Shown here: piece by piece, positions 60,154-64,000 of the stretch | Numbering within the stretch: the first letter of the stretch is position 1 | Layout of the letters: each line of letters begins with the position of its first letter | Assembly: GCA_041484665.1 (NCBI GenBank) | Contig: JBGPIA010000022.1 | Span: 1-64,000 of the forward strand | Direction: 5' to 3' | DNA from: Candidatus Krumholzibacteriia bacterium | GTDB taxonomy: Bacteria; Krumholzibacteriota; Krumholzibacteriia; JAJRXK01 | Length of the DNA stretch: 64,000 nt | Translations under genes and position numbers: made by a program | Notes under the pieces: model-generated | The model's input: only the letters and a program-made list of their open reading frames with translations | Told to the model about the DNA's origin: nothing | The model's database searches: none

Positions 60154-63100
60154 TCACCGCACGAGCGTGATGCTGCGCGCGTCGGCCGCGCCCGCAGCGC
60201 CGCCGCCGTCGGCCGTCAGCCGTACGCGATAGACGCCGCTGCCCACCGGGTTGCCCGCGTCATCCTCGCCCCGCCACGTCCAGGTGTGGGTGCCGGTGGA
60301 CTGCGCCGGCAGCTCCACGCGACGCACGAGGCGTCCGGCGGCATCGAACAGCTCCAGCCGGACGGTGCCCGGCCGCGCCAGCTCGAAGCGGATCTCCGTG
60401 CGCGGGTTGAAAGGGTTGGGGACGTTGGGCAGCAAGCGCGTTTGGTGAGCGATGGCTGAGCCAGGGGCGTCGCGGACGGCCTCGACCTCCAGCGACGCCA
60501 CGGCGGTGCCGTTCACCTGCGCGACGGCCGAGTAGCGGTACGCTACCTGCGGCAGGGCGGTCGCGTCGATCCAGACTCCCGATGCCTGGGAGTTGGCGCC
60601 GGAGAAGGTCGCCACCGCAACGGGCGGCTCGCCTGGCGCGCGCCGCAGGAGCTTCACCGACTGGGGCACGGCTGCCCCCGTCGCGGGTCCCGCGACGCGC
60701 AGCTCCCAGCGCAGCCGGATTCCACCGTCGGCCGCCTCGGCCGCCAGCGCGAGCGTAAGTGCCGGCGTCGGGGGGTTCGACTCGCCGATCGGCAGGCCCG
60801 GCCCCGGAATGAAGGGACGCAAATCGCCCGCCGCCAGGCAGCTCAAGTATCCGGGCCGTCCCGGGAGGCCCGGCTCGGAGAAGCTCGACGGGGTGGACGG
60901 CCCCAGCGCGATCTGCGCGCCGGCAGGCACGGGTCCAATGAAGAGACATGCCGCGTAGCGGATCAGCGGGACGATCGCTCCCTCCAGACAGACGCCGCCC
61001 GTGCCGACGATCCAGTTGTCGTCGCCGCTCCCCACGTCCAGCCCTCCATTGGGGAAGAAGGTCCGGCCTCCCGCTACGATCAGCTCCTGCGGCACGTGCA
61101 CGGAGCATTCGTAGCCCAGCATGCCGCCGGGGGGATCGAGCGCCACGACATAGAAGTCGAACGCGATGAACGGCTCGATGACGGGAGCCTGACCCGGGTA
61201 CTCCGTGCCGGACCAGCTGGGGGCCAGGAAACCCGAGACGGTCCCGCCCGCCCTGACGATGACGCTGGTGATTGCCGTGCGCACCGTGCTCCCGTACTGG
61301 GCGCGCAGGGTATAGACCTCGCTGACGTCGGGATGGAGCACCATGCTGCCCGCCATGGGCTGGGGCCCGTACCCGTCGATGGACACGTTGGCAGTTCCGA
61401 TGACCTGCCAGGAGAGCGTGATCGACTCGCCCGGGGCGATGATGCCTGGCGTGGCCGCGAAGCTCAGGATCGAGAACGGCGCGCGCTCGACCGTCGTCGT
61501 CGCGGTGCTGGTGCCGGCAGTGTTCATCGCAGTCAGCGTGTAGGTGGTGGTCTGCGGCGGATCGATGGCGACCGAGCCGGACGCCGCCAGTCCGCTGAAG
61601 CCCCCCGGCTCGACCTGGACGGTGACGGCGTGCTCCACCGTCCACATCAGCGAGCCGGGCTGCCCGACGGTGAGCTGTTGCGGGTTCCCCCTGAAGCTGA
61701 CGATGCGCGGCGGCTGCGGGGTGACCGTCACCTGCTGGACGGTCGCTCCGGCGCCATTCACCGCGGTCAGGGCGAAGTTCGTCGGCGTGGTCACGGTCGT
61801 GGTGAACACGCCGCCCGCGGGTGGAATCAAGCCGAAGCCCGGCTCGAGCGTCACGCTCGCTGCCCCCTGCACGGCCGCCGTGAGCGTGATGGGCTCGTCG
61901 GGGAACGGCGTCGTCTTCGACGCCTGGAGGGTGGCCGTCGGCGTGCGCGGCGTGACGCTCACCTGACGCGTCGTCGCGCCCGCAGCGTTGCTGGCAGTCA
62001 GCACGAAAACCGTCGGCTGCTCGACCAGCAGCTGGAACTGCCCGCCGGCAGGCGGAATGGGCCCGATGCCTGGCTCGAGGGCAGCCTGCGTGGCCCCGCG
62101 GATCTGCGCGATGAGCGTGACCGGATCGATGGCGTAGGGAGCGCCGCTGCTGACGGCCAGCGTGGCCTCGGGCGGCTTCCACGTCACCAGTGCCTCGGCC
62201 GCGACCGTGCCCGAGGGGTTGGTCGCCGTCAGGACGTAGATCGTGCTCGGCTGCGTCGGGGTGACGACGACGGCGCCGCTCGTGCCGGTCACGGGGCCGA
62301 CAGCGGGGTCGATGCGCAGCGTCGATCCGGCCTCGGCCGCCCAGTGCAGCGTCGTGGGATCGCCGGGGAAAACCGCTGCCGGCTCGGCCAGGAAGAGGCC
62401 GATCCCTGGTGGGAGGAGCTGCACGAGCACGCTCGCGGAGCTTGTTCCGTTGGCATTGCTCGCGGTCAACGAGTAGGTGACGGATCCCTGCGGCTGCACT
62501 GCGTGCGCGCCGCCTTGCGGGTCGACTACGCCGATCCCCTGGTCGATGGAAGCCGACTCGGCGCCAAAGACTGCCCAGTGCAGCGTGACCGTGTCGCCGA
62601 CACGGAACGGGTTGGGGGTCGCGGTGAGCTGCAGGATCACAGGTGGCAGGTTGACCACATCGAGCGCCGCGGTGCGCGAGGTCATCCCCCACTCGTTGGT
62701 CGCCGAGAGCAGCCACACGGCGGGGCTCTTCAGCGGGACGAGCTGGCCCGAGAGCGCGCGTACGGACTGGGTCCCGTCCAGCAGGATCTCATTGGCGCCC
62801 TGCACGTCCCAGCTCAAGCGCGCCATGGTCTGATCGCCCGATACGAATGGCTCGACGGTGAAGCGATCGATGCGCGGCTCACGAATGACCTGCACGCTCC
62901 ACGCGCTGCTGACGCTGAGCGGGCCCGCCGAGGCCGCGAGCGTCCAGGTCTTGTCCGCGGTCGGCGCGAGCGTCTCGGTGAGCGCGACAGCGACTTGAGC
63001 GCCGTCGAGCGTGACGCCCTGCGCCCCGAAGGTCTCCCAGGACAAGGCCAGCGGACGCCCCTCGACCAGCACGGCGGGCGAGCCCGCGAAGCGAACGATC

Positions 63101-63741
63101 GAAGGCGGGCTGGGATTGAGCACCGCGCCGCCCGCGGGCTGGAAGCGCCGCAGGTCTGCGGCGTCGTAGCACGGGCTGAACAGCATCTCGCGGCCGTCCG
63201 TGAGCGGCCGTACGTCGACCCGCAGATCGGTCGCGCCGGCCTGGGAGGGGGGAAGGACGACGTGCGCGGTCAGGAGCACCGGGTGACCGCCGGACGCGCC
63301 GAGGCAGGTGCCCAGTCCCAGAACGTAATCGCGCGGCGCGGGAAAGTCCGGGAACACCACTTCCGGCGGCAATGTCACGCCCAGGAACGTCAGCCGAGGA
63401 TCGATCTCCAGTCCGAACTGGTAGGCACGCAACGAGATGGCAGCGGAAGGTGGGGCATCGTCGTCGGCCACGACGTACACGTCCACGACCTGGCCGGCCG
63501 CAATCGAGCCGACGCGTGTCATGCTCGCTCGATCCAGCACAACGCCCAGGCCGTTGGGCAGCTGCGCGGACGAAGCGTGCGCCTGATCCGTGAAGGCGGT
63601 CAGACAGAGTGTGAGGAGGGTAGTCAGCAGGCGGGCAGAGGGACGCGCAGGCAGGGGGAAGACGTGCGGTAGGCAGGTCGTCGTCGCTGGGCGGCCGCCC
63701 ACGGCCGTTCCCCGAGCGCACGCGCGAGCGCGTGAACGCAT
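60154..63741 (-). CDS. Large secreted multi-Ig protein (two copies of an uncharacterised domain, ~8 Ig/PKD-like repeats, FlgD-Ig CTD)
   Basis: GGAGG before ATG 63741, hydrophobic signal ending AHA-S, eight ~80-aa repeats P.I..F...P....G....L.W...GA...ID...Y.LTA.N..G, and C-terminal PNVPNPFNPRTEI. Confidence 0.85.
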   Translation of the reverse strand: MRSRARACARGTAVGGRPATTTCLPHVFPLPARPSARLLTTLLTLCLTAFTDQAHASSAQLPNGLGVVLDRASMTRVGSIAAGQVVDVYVVADDDAPPSAAISLRAYQFGLEIDPRLTFLGVTLPPEVVFPDFPAPRDYVLGLGTCLGASGGHPVLLTAHVVLPPSQAGATDLRVDVRPLTDGREMLFSPCYDAADLRRFQPAGGAVLNPSPPSIVRFAGSPAVLVEGRPLALSWETFGAQGVTLDGAQVAVALTETLAPTADKTWTLAASAGPLSVSSAWSVQVIREPRIDRFTVEPFVSGDQTMARLSWDVQGANEILLDGTQSVRALSGQLVPLKSPAVWLLSATNEWGMTSRTAALDVVNLPPVILQLTATPNPFRVGDTVTLHWAVFGAESASIDQGIGVVDPQGGAHAVQPQGSVTYSLTASNANGTSSASVLVQLLPPGIGLFLAEPAAVFPGDPTTLHWAAEAGSTLRIDPAVGPVTGTSGAVVVTPTQPSTIYVLTATNPSGTVAAEALVTWKPPEATLAVSSGAPYAIDPVTLIAQIRGATQAALEPGIGPIPPAGGQFQLLVEQPTVFVLTASNAAGATTRQVSVTPRTPTATLQASKTTPFPDEPITLTAAVQGAASVTLEPGFGLIPPAGGVFTTTVTTPTNFALTAVNGAGATVQQVTVTPQPPRIVSFRGNPQQLTVGQPGSLMWTVEHAVTVQVEPGGFSGLAASGSVAIDPPQTTTYTLTAMNTAGTSTATTTVERAPFSILSFAATPGIIAPGESITLSWQVIGTANVSIDGYGPQPMAGSMVLHPDVSEVYTLRAQYGSTVRTAITSVIVRAGGTVSGFLAPSWSGTEYPGQAPVIEPFIAFDFYVVALDPPGGMLGYECSVHVPQELIVAGGRTFFPNGGLDVGSGDDNWIVGTGGVCLEGAIVPLIRYAACLFIGPVPAGAQIALGPSTPSSFSEPGLPGRPGYLSCLAAGDLRPFIPGPGLPIGESNPPTPALTLALAAEAADGGIRLRWELRVAGPATGAAVPQSVKLLRRAPGEPPVAVATFSGANSQASGVWIDATALPQVAYRYSAVAQVNGTAVASLEVEAVRDAPGSAIAHQTRLLPNVPNPFNPRTEIRFELARPGTVRLELFDAAGRLVRRVELPAQSTGTHTWTWRGEDDAGNPVGSGVYRVRLTADGGGAAGAADARSITLVR

Positions 63742-63966
63742 GAGCCACCTCCAGACAGGCAGCGGGGTGAATCGGCCAGGCATGTGCGGAGCCGCCGGCA
63801 ATCGTAGGCTGCACAGCGCCAGAAAGCGACTTCGAAAATGTGATGCACAAGTGCTAGGGGGGAAGGGGCCGCGCCGCAGCGGCCCCCCAACGATGTCGCA
63901 GCCACCGCTCGGCTTAGCTTCGCACGGCCGCGGCTGCCCCTTGCACCCTCCGCCCGGGACGCCGCA

Positions 63967-64000
63967 CGCCGTGGCGCCCGGGACACCGCGGGCTGAGCCG
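63967..64000 (+). repeat. 34-bp direct repeat, second copy of 60064-60097
   Basis: CGCCGTGGCGCCCGGGAC(G/A)CCGCGGGCTGAGCCG, 33/34 identical. Truncated by the window end. Confidence 0.85.

Noticed and set aside
63811..63853. Possible further copy of the 32-bp motif (GCACAGCGCC, AATGTGAT and GCACAAGTG resemble parts of the 14.8-kb element)
   Set aside because: Only short discontinuous matches, and the CCCGCCGGAGA half is missing at the expected spacing.

Overview
High-GC, gene-dense bacterial window with about 34 supportable CDS. I found no rRNA, tRNA, CRISPR array or transposase. Four large secreted proteins end in a PNPFNP/FlgD-Ig type C-terminal domain and there are many peptidases (M4/M36, M16, two S9, S8, CHAT). 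This suggests a peptide-degrading FCB-group lineage such as Latescibacterota, Krumholzibacteriota or Eisenbacteria (inference). Housekeeping genes include corA, an NDH-2 family oxidoreductase, hydA, an Fpg/Nei glycosylase, guaB, queG and mgtE. The four most interesting signals are: (1) A 49.3-59.7 kb locus with three sigma54-type -24/-12 promoters. It encodes a degenerate chemoreceptor, a CheA-like protein that has lost its Hpt His, ATP-box and receiver residues, a small excisionase-type HTH protein, and a paralogous pseudo/active HD-GYP pair. (2) A ~390-nt rod-like inverted repeat at 49347-49735 whose two internal loops are cross-complementary, a candidate large structured RNA. (3) A 32-bp motif found in hairpin-forming intergenic elements at 14.8 kb and 33 kb. 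(4) A secreted TPR-CHAT protease, a secreted FlgD-CTD protein, an ECF sigma and a double-Zn-finger TPR anti-sigma clustered together. Start codons were re-assigned by eye from RBS context. All family calls come from motif recognition, not database searches.
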